From: Calditrichia bacterium
GTDB lineage: Bacteria; Calditrichota; Calditrichia; JAJRVZ01
Assembly (NCBI GenBank): GCA_963796965.1
Contig: CAWCNS010000011.1
Coordinates: 64,001 to 128,000, forward strand
Direction of reading: 5' to 3'
Length of the DNA stretch: 64,000 nucleotides
Shown piece by piece: positions 22,078-33,813 of this stretch. The position numbers were made by a program, and so were the translations under genes. The stretch's first letter is position 1, and each line of letters starts with the position of its first letter. The notes beneath the pieces are model-generated. The model saw only the letters and a list, made by a program, of their open reading frames with translations, did no database searches and had not been told where the DNA came from.

Positions 22078-23397
22078 TTAAAAATCCCATGAAAAGTATA
22101 AGGTCTGAAAATTACTTCCACCAGAGATACGACCAAATTGTTGTGCATTTTCAAAAATAGCAGAGCGGTGGTGAATGCTGTATCCTAACCAAAGATTCTT
22201 TAACTCGTCACCCCCAAAAATATCACCGATGTTAAAATCTAAAGAGAAGTCAAGATAATTCAATAGATTACTAGGCTGGTATCCTTTTCTTTCCATCTCA
22301 GAGCCTTCGACATAGGGAATTTCATTAGCATAAGACAAACCCTCAGCAGCGCCAAAACGCCACCGGATTGGCCATCGGACGGTAAAATAAACCTTAATAG
22401 CTATTACAGCCTCCCAGGAGTTTGGCTGAACTTGCGATTTGTGATGCCAGACAAATCCCGGGGTGAGATAGAAATCCATCGATAAGCCGAAGAGCTGGTC
22501 GGTAAGAGGATGACCATAAAAGACTGAGGTCATCTGATTATTAAATGTATCCTTATTTGCCTGAAATCTGATAATTTTTGCCAGATCTGTTGGGGTTGCC
22601 CAACCATGCGCAATCCGTACATAAGGTCGGGTTCGAATTTCCGTTTTCCTCGGCTTGGATACATCATTAGAGAAACCAATCCCAAGATATACCTCACCAT
22701 TAAAATCCCGGTTTACAAACTCAACCCCCCGGACATTTTTATCCAGGTAGGTTATTTTTCCTGCTCCATATAAGTAAAAATTGCTGATGGCATGGAGTTG
22801 CACCACCAGGCCTAACCCTATATCGACACCCCCATCAACTTCCACTTGGGTTAGTCCAAAATAGCGGCTATTGTACTTTTTACTTTTAATTTTAAATTCC
22901 AGAAATGGATCGAGTCGGAATGCACCGGTAGTAAAATCTGCACCAAGCCGAACATTACTCGACCAGGCTCCGTAATAATCATTCATAATCTCCAGATCCA
23001 AATACTGCCAGTCAAGTGGTCTATATTTTGCCTGAAGACCAACCTCAAGGATATCACCCTGTATCTCATTCTGAAAGTCTTTTGGAATATCCACAAAATG
23101 CAATTTACCGAGTAAGGTAAAAAGCCAATCACCCCTACGATAGAAATGGAATCCACCTTCCAGGGCGCGTATATAAAATATTTTACCGTCGTAATATATT
23201 AAAGGAACCAGGGTCCCAACGGTCCTGTCACCTTCAGTTGCAAATGGAATGGTAGCACTTCTAGCAATCATTCCCAATGCCCAGGGTCGCTCAGGCTGTA
23301 TCGTCTTGGTTGAATCAGATGAATAAATATTGGTAATAAGTAAAACTATTATCAGTACAGACAGTAGATAGAATTTTGATGTCATAAGAATCCCCAT
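22078..23397 (-). CDS. MipA/OmpV family outer-membrane protein with an additional C-terminal barrel domain
   Basis: VPLIYYDG, YNSRYFG in the N-terminal half; R.GAAEGLSY, LNYLDFSLD, IHHRS.IF, GGSN and a terminal Phe in the C-terminal half. Confidence 0.82.
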   Translation of the reverse strand: MGILMTSKFYLLSVLIIVLLITNIYSSDSTKTIQPERPWALGMIARSATIPFATEGDRTVGTLVPLIYYDGKIFYIRALEGGFHFYRRGDWLFTLLGKLHFVDIPKDFQNEIQGDILEVGLQAKYRPLDWQYLDLEIMNDYYGAWSSNVRLGADFTTGAFRLDPFLEFKIKSKKYNSRYFGLTQVEVDGGVDIGLGLVVQLHAISNFYLYGAGKITYLDKNVRGVEFVNRDFNGEVYLGIGFSNDVSKPRKTEIRTRPYVRIAHGWATPTDLAKIIRFQANKDTFNNQMTSVFYGHPLTDQLFGLSMDFYLTPGFVWHHKSQVQPNSWEAVIAIKVYFTVRWPIRWRFGAAEGLSYANEIPYVEGSEMERKGYQPSNLLNYLDFSLDFNIGDIFGGDELKNLWLGYSIHHRSAIFENAQQFGRISGGSNFQTLYFSWDF

Positions 23398-23666
23398 ATA
23401 GATTATATTTTATCTATAAATGTTAACCGTTGCCATAATTAATATCAAATTTATTTATACCCGTTGCACACATTCTCAATGCATAAAGAATATAATCCTA
23501 ATAAACAAAATAGAAGTTTTAGTCTTTAAAATTCAGGACGATAATAAATTAAATCGGTGATTTTTATTAGTAAAAATAGTACCAACCCTTTATTGCCGAC
23601 ATCCTCGCCATGCAAGGGGTAATTTCCAGAGAATTTTTCAGATCAAATTAAAGATGGAGAAAGGTA

Positions 23667-25058
23667 TTGACTAGCATTCCTCACCTTCTGTTAAAATCGA
23701 TTCAGTTATATCCGGACAAAACCGCTATTCAGTACATCAAAAATGATTGGATTGAATCTTACTCATATAAAGAGCTAGGTACAAAAGTAAAAAATCTCCT
23801 TTACAATTTATCTGGTCTTGGCCTGAAAACCGGTGATAAAATAGCCATACTTTCTGACAATCGGCCTGAATGGACTATAAGCGACTTCGCTGTTTTATCA
23901 TTAGGTGGGATAATAGTACCGATCTCCCCCCTACTACCTCTTGATCAAATTGAGTACCTTTTAAAGGACTCAGATTCAAAAGCATTATTGCTGGAGAATC
24001 AAGAAGAATATGACAAAATAAATAAAATCCATTCGACATTGCCTTCACTTAAGCATATCATCTCCTTTGAAAAAGTAGAGCCAGAAAATACCGGAGTTAT
24101 ATTATTTGCTGATTTACTCGAAGATATCACCGATAGTGATAAAAGCATGGATCAATCCCTTCAGGCTATAGATGCCATCAAAACTGATGATGTTTGCAGC
24201 ATTCTCTATTCCTCAGATTCAAACTCCAAACCCAATGGGGCTATGCTCCATCACCAGGGATTTATTCAGATTATTATGCAGACTCAAAGCAGATTAAAAA
24301 TCAGTTCTGAGGATGTGGTTCAATCTGATTTACCTTTGAGCCAATTAAATGGCCGTATTATAGGGCAGTGGTGTCCCCTATATAAGGGTGCTACCATTTA
24401 TTTCACACAAAATCGTTCTACTGTTTTGGGTAGTAAGAATAAACTAAAACCTTCTCTAATCATTGCCCTTCCTAATTTAATTGATAAAATTGCTGGTGAT
24501 TTAAGGGAAAACATTAATCTCGAATCTCACTTGAGGAAAAAATTTTATACCTGGGCTCTTACAACGGGCCTGCATTATCATGAAAGAAAAAATGCAGGAG
24601 GAGCCAATATACTACTAAAAATTAAGTATAATGTCGCAAATTATATTGCCCTCAAAAAAATGAAAAATACAATTAGCGATCAATTACGTCTTCTTGTTTC
24701 GGGAGGATGCTCTTTATCAGATGACAATTTAAAATTCTTTGAGGCGATACATCTTCAGATTTCTGAATGCTATGGCTTTAATGAAACCCATGGCCCCATC
24801 TCAATCTCCACACCAGGAAAAATCAAATTCGGATCTCCAGGAAAACCACTTGAGGGTATTGAAGTGCGAATTAATGCCGAGGGAGAGATACTTGTTCGGG
24901 GTGAAACAATTATGGAGGGATATTTGAATAAGCCGGAATCAACCTGGGATGTAATCGATGATAAGGGATGGTTTTATACCGGCGACATTGGTCATATTGA
25001 CGATGATTCTTATCTCTTCGTTACTGATCGTAAGAAAAATGTGAATCAGAAGAGCTGA
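23667..25058 (+). CDS. Long-chain fatty acid-CoA ligase-like protein; degenerate and lacking the C-terminal domain
   Basis: AILSDNRPEW, GEILVRG, GWFYTGDIG, TDRKK then stop. The P-loop reads YSSDSNSKPNG. Confidence 0.75.
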   Translation: MTSIPHLLLKSIQLYPDKTAIQYIKNDWIESYSYKELGTKVKNLLYNLSGLGLKTGDKIAILSDNRPEWTISDFAVLSLGGIIVPISPLLPLDQIEYLLKDSDSKALLLENQEEYDKINKIHSTLPSLKHIISFEKVEPENTGVILFADLLEDITDSDKSMDQSLQAIDAIKTDDVCSILYSSDSNSKPNGAMLHHQGFIQIIMQTQSRLKISSEDVVQSDLPLSQLNGRIIGQWCPLYKGATIYFTQNRSTVLGSKNKLKPSLIIALPNLIDKIAGDLRENINLESHLRKKFYTWALTTGLHYHERKNAGGANILLKIKYNVANYIALKKMKNTISDQLRLLVSGGCSLSDDNLKFFEAIHLQISECYGFNETHGPISISTPGKIKFGSPGKPLEGIEVRINAEGEILVRGETIMEGYLNKPESTWDVIDDKGWFYTGDIGHIDDDSYLFVTDRKKNVNQKS

Positions 25059-26524
25059 ATTATTTCCCATTCCATGTCCCAACGCCACTTATCAAAGTAT
25101 AAATTGCCGCCTTTCCATTCCACTTCCCCACGTTGTGAATCCAATGTTTCAGAACGGTGATGGTTCTTTTTGGGTGAAAAGGCTTGTGCATAATCATCAT
25201 TAAAGATCAAACGATAGCTATCCATACCTGATAAATAGAACCATTTTAAATTCTCTTTTTCCGTTTCCATCGGACCATAATAGGCATCCATCGGCACCCA
25301 GCCATAGGGTTCAAAATATACCATTCCCCAATCATGCATGGTATCATTTGGTGGTGTAAAATCCCAGCCGGATTGCCAACGAGCCGGGATGCCGTTCAAA
25401 CGACATAAGGTGATAAACATCATGGACTGTATCCCACAGTCCCCATGTTTATTTTCATAACCATATTGACTGAGGCTGCGGATAGTAGAGTATTCTCTTG
25501 CTGAAGCCCAGGGCGTATTATCATTCACCCATTTGAAAAGGATTTGAGCCTTTCGGTAAGGATTAGTTTCATTCCCAAGAATTTTTTTTGATAGATCTTT
25601 AAAATCCTCTGTAAAAACAATATGGGGTGGTTCTTCTTTTAAATATGCCTTCAAATCACTCCTCTGTTCGATAGGTCTAACTTTTTCCGGATCAATGAGG
25701 ACGTATGATCCATTGGAAGTATACGCATAGGATACTGAAAATTCGGTTTTCTGATCCTTGACCGATTCTTTCTCCAGATATACCGTACGTTGAAGATTAC
25801 TATTATCTGCAACTTTGTGGATTAAGGGATCTGTTTTTAATAGACGGATATCTGTCTGACGCTCCGAAATCTCCCGAGGATGGGGTATCCAACAACGAAT
25901 CGTTTCACCCGCTGGTACAACATTCTCATTTACAGATAGGGTATAGGATATGCGCATTCGTACAGGATAAACATACCGCTTCCCCGTCGTAACAACTTTA
26001 TTTATAATATTGCTATTATGTGTTTTATAATTTAATACTTCCCCATCTGTTTTACTTTCATCATTTTCATGATGAGCGTTCCAAATTTGCAGGCATTTAT
26101 TATTGATACGAAAAAGATTACGTGCTGCCCGGTTAAAGTATTTTTTTTCACCATCAATCGTCATATATTCGAGAGATTTCTCATTCTCCCATTTTCTAAG
26201 ATCTTTCTTTGTTACCTGGGGAATATATTTCTTTATATATTCTAAAACATCATCCTCGTTCTTTGTAAAATCTTTTTTAATCCGTTCCATTCGTTCAATC
26301 TCAATTGTCAGGTCAAATTTTTGCTCATCAGAGAGTGTCCGATCTTCCTTAAGAATTTGCTCAATTCGTTCTTGTGCTTTTGTAAACGCGCCATTATTAA
26401 TTAAAGTAATATAATCGTCCCCGTTTTTCGAAGTACAGGCAACGAATAATAAAATTAAAGTTATAAATGAAAATCTTAGGTTTAGCAGACTAATTATTTT
26501 CATCGATTTATCCTCTAAAAACAT
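25046..26524 (-). CDS. Transglutaminase-like domain lipoprotein
   Basis: VAC lipobox; GDCG, GIPARWQSGW, HDW and WVPMD supply the Cys-His-Asp triad. Confidence 0.88.
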   Translation of the reverse strand: MFLEDKSMKIISLLNLRFSFITLILLFVACTSKNGDDYITLINNGAFTKAQERIEQILKEDRTLSDEQKFDLTIEIERMERIKKDFTKNEDDVLEYIKKYIPQVTKKDLRKWENEKSLEYMTIDGEKKYFNRAARNLFRINNKCLQIWNAHHENDESKTDGEVLNYKTHNSNIINKVVTTGKRYVYPVRMRISYTLSVNENVVPAGETIRCWIPHPREISERQTDIRLLKTDPLIHKVADNSNLQRTVYLEKESVKDQKTEFSVSYAYTSNGSYVLIDPEKVRPIEQRSDLKAYLKEEPPHIVFTEDFKDLSKKILGNETNPYRKAQILFKWVNDNTPWASAREYSTIRSLSQYGYENKHGDCGIQSMMFITLCRLNGIPARWQSGWDFTPPNDTMHDWGMVYFEPYGWVPMDAYYGPMETEKENLKWFYLSGMDSYRLIFNDDYAQAFSPKKNHHRSETLDSQRGEVEWKGGNLYFDKWRWDMEWEIIQLF

Positions 26525-26753
26525 GTTGTATTGTAATAAATAATCACAGCAGACCCAGGGCTCTTCTTCCCATGAGTGAAAACCCTTAGGCTTATTTTAT
26601 GAAAATATATAACCACGGAATTACCCCGTGAAACTGGTCAGGCCGAAAGGACACAGACGATTAAGATTTAACTACTTCATAACCAATCCAATTTGATTAT
26701 TAGAAAAATATATCCGTGTATTTTTCTGTGTTACTCAGTGGTTGATATATTGA

Positions 26754-28430
26754 TCACTTATTTTTTGATGTGGTGTTCCACCCCGGTCCCTTTACGAACT
26801 GGCCCGGTTTTGCCCCTGTATGAGTTCCATGCTTAAGCACCTGCGTTCCGTTTACAAATACATGTTTCATTCCTGTTGCCAATTGATGTGGCTTTTGAAA
26901 TGTTGCATGATCTTGAATTGTATTTGGATCAAAAACTACAATATCTGCAAAATATCCTTCTTTTAATGTTCCCCGATCCCTTAATCCAAGATTTTTGGCC
27001 GGTAACGATGTTAATTTTATAATTGCCTGACCTAAGGTGATAATCTTTTCCTCCCGAACATATTTTGCTAAAAGACGGGCAAAGCTGCCATAAGCACGCG
27101 GATGGGTACTGCGATTAATGAATGGTTCCTCAGGTGCCAATGATCCGGCATCTGAACAAAAACTCATCCAGGATTGTTGGACTTTTTTTCGCATATTTTC
27201 TTCAGACATACTAAAATATACCACACCAATTCTGCTGTCATCTTCAACAATCAAATCAATGGCTGTTTCTTTTGCTGGTTTTCCCCTCATCAAAGAAATT
27301 TCTGCAAGCGTTTTGCCCGTCAGGTTTCGAAGATCTTTATTGCGAAAACCCACGAGGAGTATTTTCTCGGGAGAACCGGCTCCGGCGAAGGTCATTTCAG
27401 ATAGAATTTGTGATCTAAGATTTGAATCCTTTAGCCTTGCAATCATACTATCATGATCACCTTCGCGCACCCAGGTTGGCAAAAGGACGGATAATCCGGT
27501 TGAACTGGCAGGGTAGTTATACATATCAGTGGTAATCAACAATCCTTCTGATCGCATTTCATTGATATGCTGAATGACCTTATCCATTTTTGACCAATTT
27601 GGTTCCCCAGAGGCCTTAAGATGATAAATCTCACCGCGAACATTTGATTTTGTTACTATTTCTATAAACTCATCCAAAGCCTCAAGAAGTTTGTCTCCTT
27701 CACTGCGAATATGTGAGATGTACATACCCCCATAATCTGCAGCAATCTGCGCTAGAGAAATGAGTTCTTCAGTGCTGGCAAAAAAAGCCGGTGTGTAAAT
27801 CAGAGAAGAACTCACCCCCATTGCCCCCTCTTCCATTGCTTCGGCGGCCAGCCGGCACATACTCTCCAATTCCTCTTGCGTAGCTGCACGATCCTCATAC
27901 CCGACTTCATGTATCCGCAACGTAGTAGCACCTACAAATGAGGCAACATTGGTTGAAATGCCTCTTTCTTCCATATAAGAGAGATATTCTCCCAGGGTAG
28001 TCCATTCAATGTTGTAAGTAATATCACTCTGCCTGTTTTTTATGGCACGTTTCATTTGCTCATTCAAAGGTCCCATTGAATTACCTTCACCAAGGACTTC
28101 TAAAGTTACGCCCTGATAGATATCACTCATGGACCGCCCATCTTTGATCAACGAAACATTCGCCCAACTCAACATATTGATAAATCCGGGTGCAACGGCG
28201 AGTCCCTGAGCATCAATCTCATATTTGGCTGTCAGAGTATCAAGGTTACCTATGTAGGCAATCCGATCCCCCTTTATAGCTACATCTACCTGGCGAACAT
28301 TTTCCCCACGCCCGTCATACACCATACCATTTCGTATTATGGTGTCATAATCATATTGAGTCTGACATGAAAATAAGAATATCAAGATCAGCACAAGGCT
28401 TCTAGTTGTATACTTTATTAATCGAACCAT
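26754..28430 (-). CDS. N-acyl-D-amino-acid deacylase (D-aminoacylase) family amidohydrolase, lipoprotein
   Basis: APGFINMLSW, QGVT.EV.GEG, YISHIRSEG, HLK, SDAG, HPRAYG, ADIVVFDP. Confidence 0.92.
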   Translation of the reverse strand: MVRLIKYTTRSLVLILIFLFSCQTQYDYDTIIRNGMVYDGRGENVRQVDVAIKGDRIAYIGNLDTLTAKYEIDAQGLAVAPGFINMLSWANVSLIKDGRSMSDIYQGVTLEVLGEGNSMGPLNEQMKRAIKNRQSDITYNIEWTTLGEYLSYMEERGISTNVASFVGATTLRIHEVGYEDRAATQEELESMCRLAAEAMEEGAMGVSSSLIYTPAFFASTEELISLAQIAADYGGMYISHIRSEGDKLLEALDEFIEIVTKSNVRGEIYHLKASGEPNWSKMDKVIQHINEMRSEGLLITTDMYNYPASSTGLSVLLPTWVREGDHDSMIARLKDSNLRSQILSEMTFAGAGSPEKILLVGFRNKDLRNLTGKTLAEISLMRGKPAKETAIDLIVEDDSRIGVVYFSMSEENMRKKVQQSWMSFCSDAGSLAPEEPFINRSTHPRAYGSFARLLAKYVREEKIITLGQAIIKLTSLPAKNLGLRDRGTLKEGYFADIVVFDPNTIQDHATFQKPHQLATGMKHVFVNGTQVLKHGTHTGAKPGQFVKGPGWNTTSKNK

Positions 28431-28539
28431 CTTAACAATCTCTAATATTCATAATAAACCAGCTAGTACAGTACATAAAGGATTTTTCCTCATTTAAGAA
28501 TATATTATGCAATGATTTTGTAATTAATTCAGCTGGTAA

Positions 28540-29040
28540 TGCATCCTCTACAAGGATGGTAATTTTGCTTTAACAATATTCTACAACAATCTATCCTCTA
28601 CGAGGATAACCTATACACGGTAATAGCGGCCATAGATGTAATTGGATTTTTGAATCAATTCACCTCGAAGGCACGGCAAGGCCTATCCGCCAAGCTGCAC
28701 ATCCCCCTAACCCCCTTTTAAAGGGGGAATAGATCACGCCAACCCCTATCTCATATCTCATATCCCATATCAATTCCCAATTCCCAATTCCCAATTACAA
28801 AACCACTATCCCATATCCTACATTCCCGATTGAAGCGCCTCCATCGCCGGTAGAACGGGTTCTTCGACTGTCGGCATATCGGGATCAATTCTTCCTCGAT
28901 TTGACCCGCATCCCGTATCTCGTATCTCCCATCGTAATTCCGACTGCCATATTCTACATCGCCCATCCCACATCTCTAATCACATTCCCAATTCTCAATT
29001 ACAAATTACAAATTCACTATCCCGTATCCCATAACCCAAA
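28540..29040. repeat. Composite intergenic repeat region: ATCCTCTACGAGGAT hairpins, a CCCCCT/AGGGGG palindrome and 7-nt periodic tracts
   Basis: Hairpins near 28540 and 28593; AATTCCC and GTATCTC/CATATCC heptamer runs. Confidence 0.6.
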
Positions 29041-29042
29041 TC

Positions 29043-30879
29043 CTACTCATCCCCCTTCTTCACCTTCTTGTAAAGCGCTGCCCTCTTCTGCCTATCCCGC
29101 TCCATTTTTGATAAACGGATATTCAGAGGTGTTATCTCGACTAATTCATCATCGGCGATAAATTCTATGGATTGATCCAGAGACAACATCCTTGGCGGCC
29201 TTAATGTCACCGTAGCCTCAGAAGTGGAACTACGCATATTGGTAAGTTTCTTCTCTTTTGTAATATTGACATCCAGGTCACCTTCGCGATTTCTTTCCCC
29301 GAGAATCATGCCCTCATACACCTGCGTCGTAGCTTCCAGGAACAACTCACCTCTGTCTACCATGGCCAGACTTGCATAGTTTGTCACTTTCCCTGCTCTG
29401 TCGGCGACTAATGCGCCCGATGTTCTTTGTGGAATAGCCCCAAACCAAGGTTCATAGCCATTGTAGATGGAGTTTAAAACACCAGATCCCTTGGTATCTG
29501 TCAGAAAATGGCTGCGAAAACCAATTAATCCCCTGGAAGGAATTAAAAATTCCACATTAGCTCTGCCATGTCCATGATTAACCAGATTGGTCATACGTCC
29601 TTTTCGTTTGGATAGTTTTTCAGTTACCGTACCCAAATATTCTTCTGGTAGATCAATAAATACATGCTCCACAGGTTCACAGGTTTTCCCATCGATCTCC
29701 TTAATGATTACCCGTGGTTTTGAGACCATAAACTCATAACCTTCACGACGCATTGTTTCAATCAATACAGCCATTTGTAGTTCACCACGTCCGCAAACCT
29801 CAAAAGCATCAGCCCGTCCGGTTTCCTTTATTTCAATGGCCACATTGCTAAGTGTTTCTTTCTCCAAACGCTCTCTTAGATGCCGTGAGGTCAAATATTT
29901 GCCATCTTTTCCAGCAAAAGGGCTCGTATTGACATAAAATATCATTGATATTGTGGAATCATCAACGTGGATACGTGGTAAGGGTCTGGGATTTTCAAGA
30001 GATGAAATGGTATCCCCAATCTGTATATTCTCGACACCCGCAATGGCAATGATATCACCGGAATGGACTTCATTAACCAGTTTCCTTCCCATATTCTCAA
30101 ACGAATACAAGGCCGAAAATTTTATGCCTTCAGTTATCTTATTCTCACCACATAAACTGTAGCGCTGGTTCATCTGTAATTTACCGTTTGACAATCTGCC
30201 AACAGCAATTTGTCCCACATAAGCATCATAGTCCAGGCTGGTGATCAAAAATTGTGGTGTTGCCTCATCATCAGATTCCGGTCCTGGGATTTCGGATATG
30301 ATCGTATCAAATAATGATTTTAGATTTTTAGAATTATCATTCAATTCTTTATGGGCAACACCCAACTTGGCGTTGGTATACAAAACTTTAAAGTCAATTT
30401 GATTTTCTTTGGCATCCAGATCGATAAAGAGATCATACACTTCATCCACAACTTCTTCAATCCGCCCATCAGGACGGTCAATTTTATTGATGACCAGGAT
30501 AATAGGTAATTCCTTCTCAAGGGCTTTTTTGACCACGAAACGGGTCTGGGGTAAAGGTCCCTCACTGGAATCAACCAGCAATATGGCCCCATCTACAAGG
30601 TTTAAACTTCTTTCCACCTCACCACCAAAATCCGCATGACCGGGTGTATCGACAATATTTATTTTTACATCTCCATACATCACAGCCGTATTCTTCGCCA
30701 TGATTGTAATACCACGCTCTTTCTCAAGATCCATAGAATCCATTACCCTGTCCACCACCTGTTGGTTTTCTCTATAATATCCCACTTTGTTTTAGCATGC
30801 CATCGACTAAGGTGGTTTTCCCATGATCAACATGGGCAATAATGGCAATATTACGTATCGTCTCTTTTCTTTTACTCAT
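29043..30879 (-). CDS. typA: Translational GTPase TypA/BipA (frameshift near 30790)
   Basis: [19 protein letters not shown] in the upstream frame; [38 protein letters not shown]. Confidence 0.96.
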
Positions 30880-31327
30880 TTTCTACCTTATTTTTGCCCT
30901 GGGACAGCTCTACATGTACTCCCCGGGTTATGTTTTTATTGCTGAGATTTTCATTACTTCGTCAATACTTGATTGTCATTCCGTCCCGGAACGGGGGATA
31001 GGAATCTTCCTCCGTATCATTTTAGGATCTTCACAATGGTAGATCCTTAGAGGATGACAATATACCTTGCTAATTTTTGGCCGTACTTTGCTGTGCAATT
31101 TTCACATCATTCAGAAAATTCAAGTAAATTAACAAATAATTCGAGGAAATCATAATTTATAAGTGATACGACAACATAAGAATGGTGACAATGTTCGGGA
31201 TTCGTATATCGTGATCTGTGATGGGAATTTTGAATTTAGATAGTGATTAAAAAAAATTGGAATTTCTTGCTGGGAATATTATCTTCATCCTCAAAGATAC
31301 GGTCAATAAATATCCATAGTGTAAAAG

Positions 31328-32440
31328 ATGAGATTTAATATTATTAGATCATATTGTGATTTGTTACTCCTTGTAACACTTATACAATTCAGCCATGCCG
31401 GAAAGATATCGCTTGAAGAAGATATTGTTGATGGATATTTAGATAATCACAGCAAGATTGAAGCAGCGCTGATCCTTTCCGGTGTCACCCAGCCGGATAG
31501 CCTACCAAAATACTTAGAGTGGTATGATAATCTTGTGGCAAAAATAAAAACATTTGCCTTTGATCTGGATGATCCTGTAGGATCGGCCCACACCGTATTT
31601 ATGTATTTACATGGCGAATGGCTTAAAACCTATGCTATGGAGTCTACGACTCTAGCCGATATTGCCCGAAACAAGGAATATAATTGCGTTTCCGCAACTA
31701 TCCTATACAATATTATTTGTGAAGAATTCAATTGGACCTGCGAAGCTTTTGAAACCCCAACCCATGTATATACAATATTTAACAATTTCAGACAAAAGGT
31801 GGTTGTGGAGAACACGAGCGATATGGGATTTGATATCATGAAAAATCTAAAAGCCTACTCCAAATATCTTGCCCAGTATTATCCCAAAAATGAAGTGTTA
31901 CGTATCGGTTTAGATAGACTCTATCTTCATGAAAATAGCCAGGGACGAATAATCACCAACACAGAACTATTAGGACTCCTCGCTTATAACCGGGCCTATC
32001 TGGCCAAAAAGAACAAAAACTATAAGGCATCCTATGAATACGTATTGCTTGCACAACAATTCAATCGCGATTCGAGATCCAATGTCAATTTTGAGATTGG
32101 GCTCTACTATACCTGGGGAAGGCAATTATATTCAAGAAATGATTATATTGCCGCTTTTAGCGTTTTTGCCGATGGGTATTACCGCTATCCGGACAATGAA
32201 GATTTCCTTAACAACACTTTGACTTCTTTTTACAAATCTTTACAACGCAGCTGGCAAATAAAAGATTGGCCTCTAACTGAACGTCTCATCGAAGAAATGA
32301 TGATTCTGGATATTCTAAAAGCGAAGGACCATCGCACGCTTTCACAAATATTGAAAAACTGGCAGATGTATTTCAAGCGCAAAAATGATGAGCAATCTTC
32401 CAACCAGGCTAATCATTTTTTGGAGAAATTTAGTAACTGA
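31328..32440 (+). CDS. Secreted hypothetical protein, transglutaminase-like/SirB1-type N-terminus with TPR-like C-terminus
   Basis: Signal peptide; YNCVSAT, PTHVY, VENT motifs. Confidence 0.6.
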   Translation: MRFNIIRSYCDLLLLVTLIQFSHAGKISLEEDIVDGYLDNHSKIEAALILSGVTQPDSLPKYLEWYDNLVAKIKTFAFDLDDPVGSAHTVFMYLHGEWLKTYAMESTTLADIARNKEYNCVSATILYNIICEEFNWTCEAFETPTHVYTIFNNFRQKVVVENTSDMGFDIMKNLKAYSKYLAQYYPKNEVLRIGLDRLYLHENSQGRIITNTELLGLLAYNRAYLAKKNKNYKASYEYVLLAQQFNRDSRSNVNFEIGLYYTWGRQLYSRNDYIAAFSVFADGYYRYPDNEDFLNNTLTSFYKSLQRSWQIKDWPLTERLIEEMMILDILKAKDHRTLSQILKNWQMYFKRKNDEQSSNQANHFLEKFSN

Positions 32441-32571
32441 TTTTGTGGAGAGAAAAGAGATAATTTATTAGATTCAAAATAGTTATGAAAATAGATCTTT
32501 ATTTTTTATTCTGCCAGATGGTAAACGTTAGGTCTTGAAATTGTCATCATATAAATATTATTGCAAAAATT

Positions 32572-33813
32572 TTATTCGTATCTCAATGCTTCTATTGGAT
32601 TTACTTCAGCGGCACGTTTAGCCGGAAAGGTACCAAAGATGACGCCAACCATGCCCGATACGGAGAAAGCCACAACCACTGAAAAGAGGGTAATAGACGT
32701 TTCGAATTCTGCAATTCCATCAATAATTAATGACAGAATTACACCAAGAGATACGCCGATCAAACCACCAATCAAACTCAGGGTTACGGCCTCTATTATA
32801 AACTGACTGATAATTTCTTTTCTTCGAGCCCCAAGTGCGCGCCTGATTCCTATCTCCCTTGTTCGTTCGAGAACTGTGGCAAGCATAATATTCATAATGC
32901 CGATTCCTCCAACGAGAAGAGAAATTGAGGCAATTGATCCCAGCACCAAATTATATATCCGTCTTTCTTTTTCTTCCTGCTTTAATAACTCATAAGGAAT
33001 AACAATTTCATAATCTGCATTATCATGATGACGTCTATCCAAAATTCGGCTTATAATTGCAGCACTTTCAACCAATTTATTGGTGTCAGTAATTTTCACC
33101 GTTAACTGGTCTATTTCGCTGGCCAATTGCTCCTTTTTAGAAAACCTGGCAAGAAAAGATGAAAGAGGGATATAAATATCCTGATTCAGATTTCTTGCCG
33201 CCAATTCACCGACAGTCTCTGTAAAAAGCATTTTATTGCCCATAATACCCACTACCTCAAACCACTGGTCTCCTAATTTTACTTTTTTTCCAATAGGGTT
33301 CTCAACAGGAAAAAGTTTTTTCGCGGCATCAGCACCTAAAACACAAACCCGCATACTAAATTCATGGTTCTCTTTAGATAAAAATTTACCGAGATCTGTT
33401 GTATAATTGAGTATTTGCTGATATTCGGAGGTTATACCAACAATGGTGGATTCAGAAGATTTATCCGGCATACTTTGCTTCGTGTTTCTAATTCAGCCTG
33501 GGGGACAACCACTTCAACAGTAGGCAGTATCCGTTGAATTGCCTCTGCATCTTTAATTGTAAGGCCGGGAGAAAATTTCGCCCTGACTTTTTCCAAGTTC
33601 TTCTTCACTTAAGTTTTTATCCCGGATAATAATATTATTGATACCCAGAAATTTATATTTTTCCAAAGCAGCCCTCTTCGCACCCTCACCGATTGACAAC
33701 ATCGCTATTACCGCGCCAACACCAAAGATGATGCCCAACATCGTTAGAATGGATCGGAGTTTATGAACCTTAAGTCCGCCTATACTGAGTACTAATTGTT
33801 CTTCAAATTTCAT
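32572..33813 (-). CDS. MacB/FtsX-family ABC permease (frameshifted near 33480-33590)
   Basis: KLRSILTMLGIIFGV, SLLVGGIGIMNIML, ERTREIGIRRALGA, P.EALRYE. Confidence 0.92.

Noticed and set aside
28751..29161. ORFs 28751-28966 and 28901-29161
   Set aside because: These are translations of heptamer repeat tracts or antisense to typA, with low complexity.
30895..30928. Hairpin in the typA leader as a riboswitch
   Set aside because: It is only an imperfect 8-bp stem with no recognisable aptamer motif.
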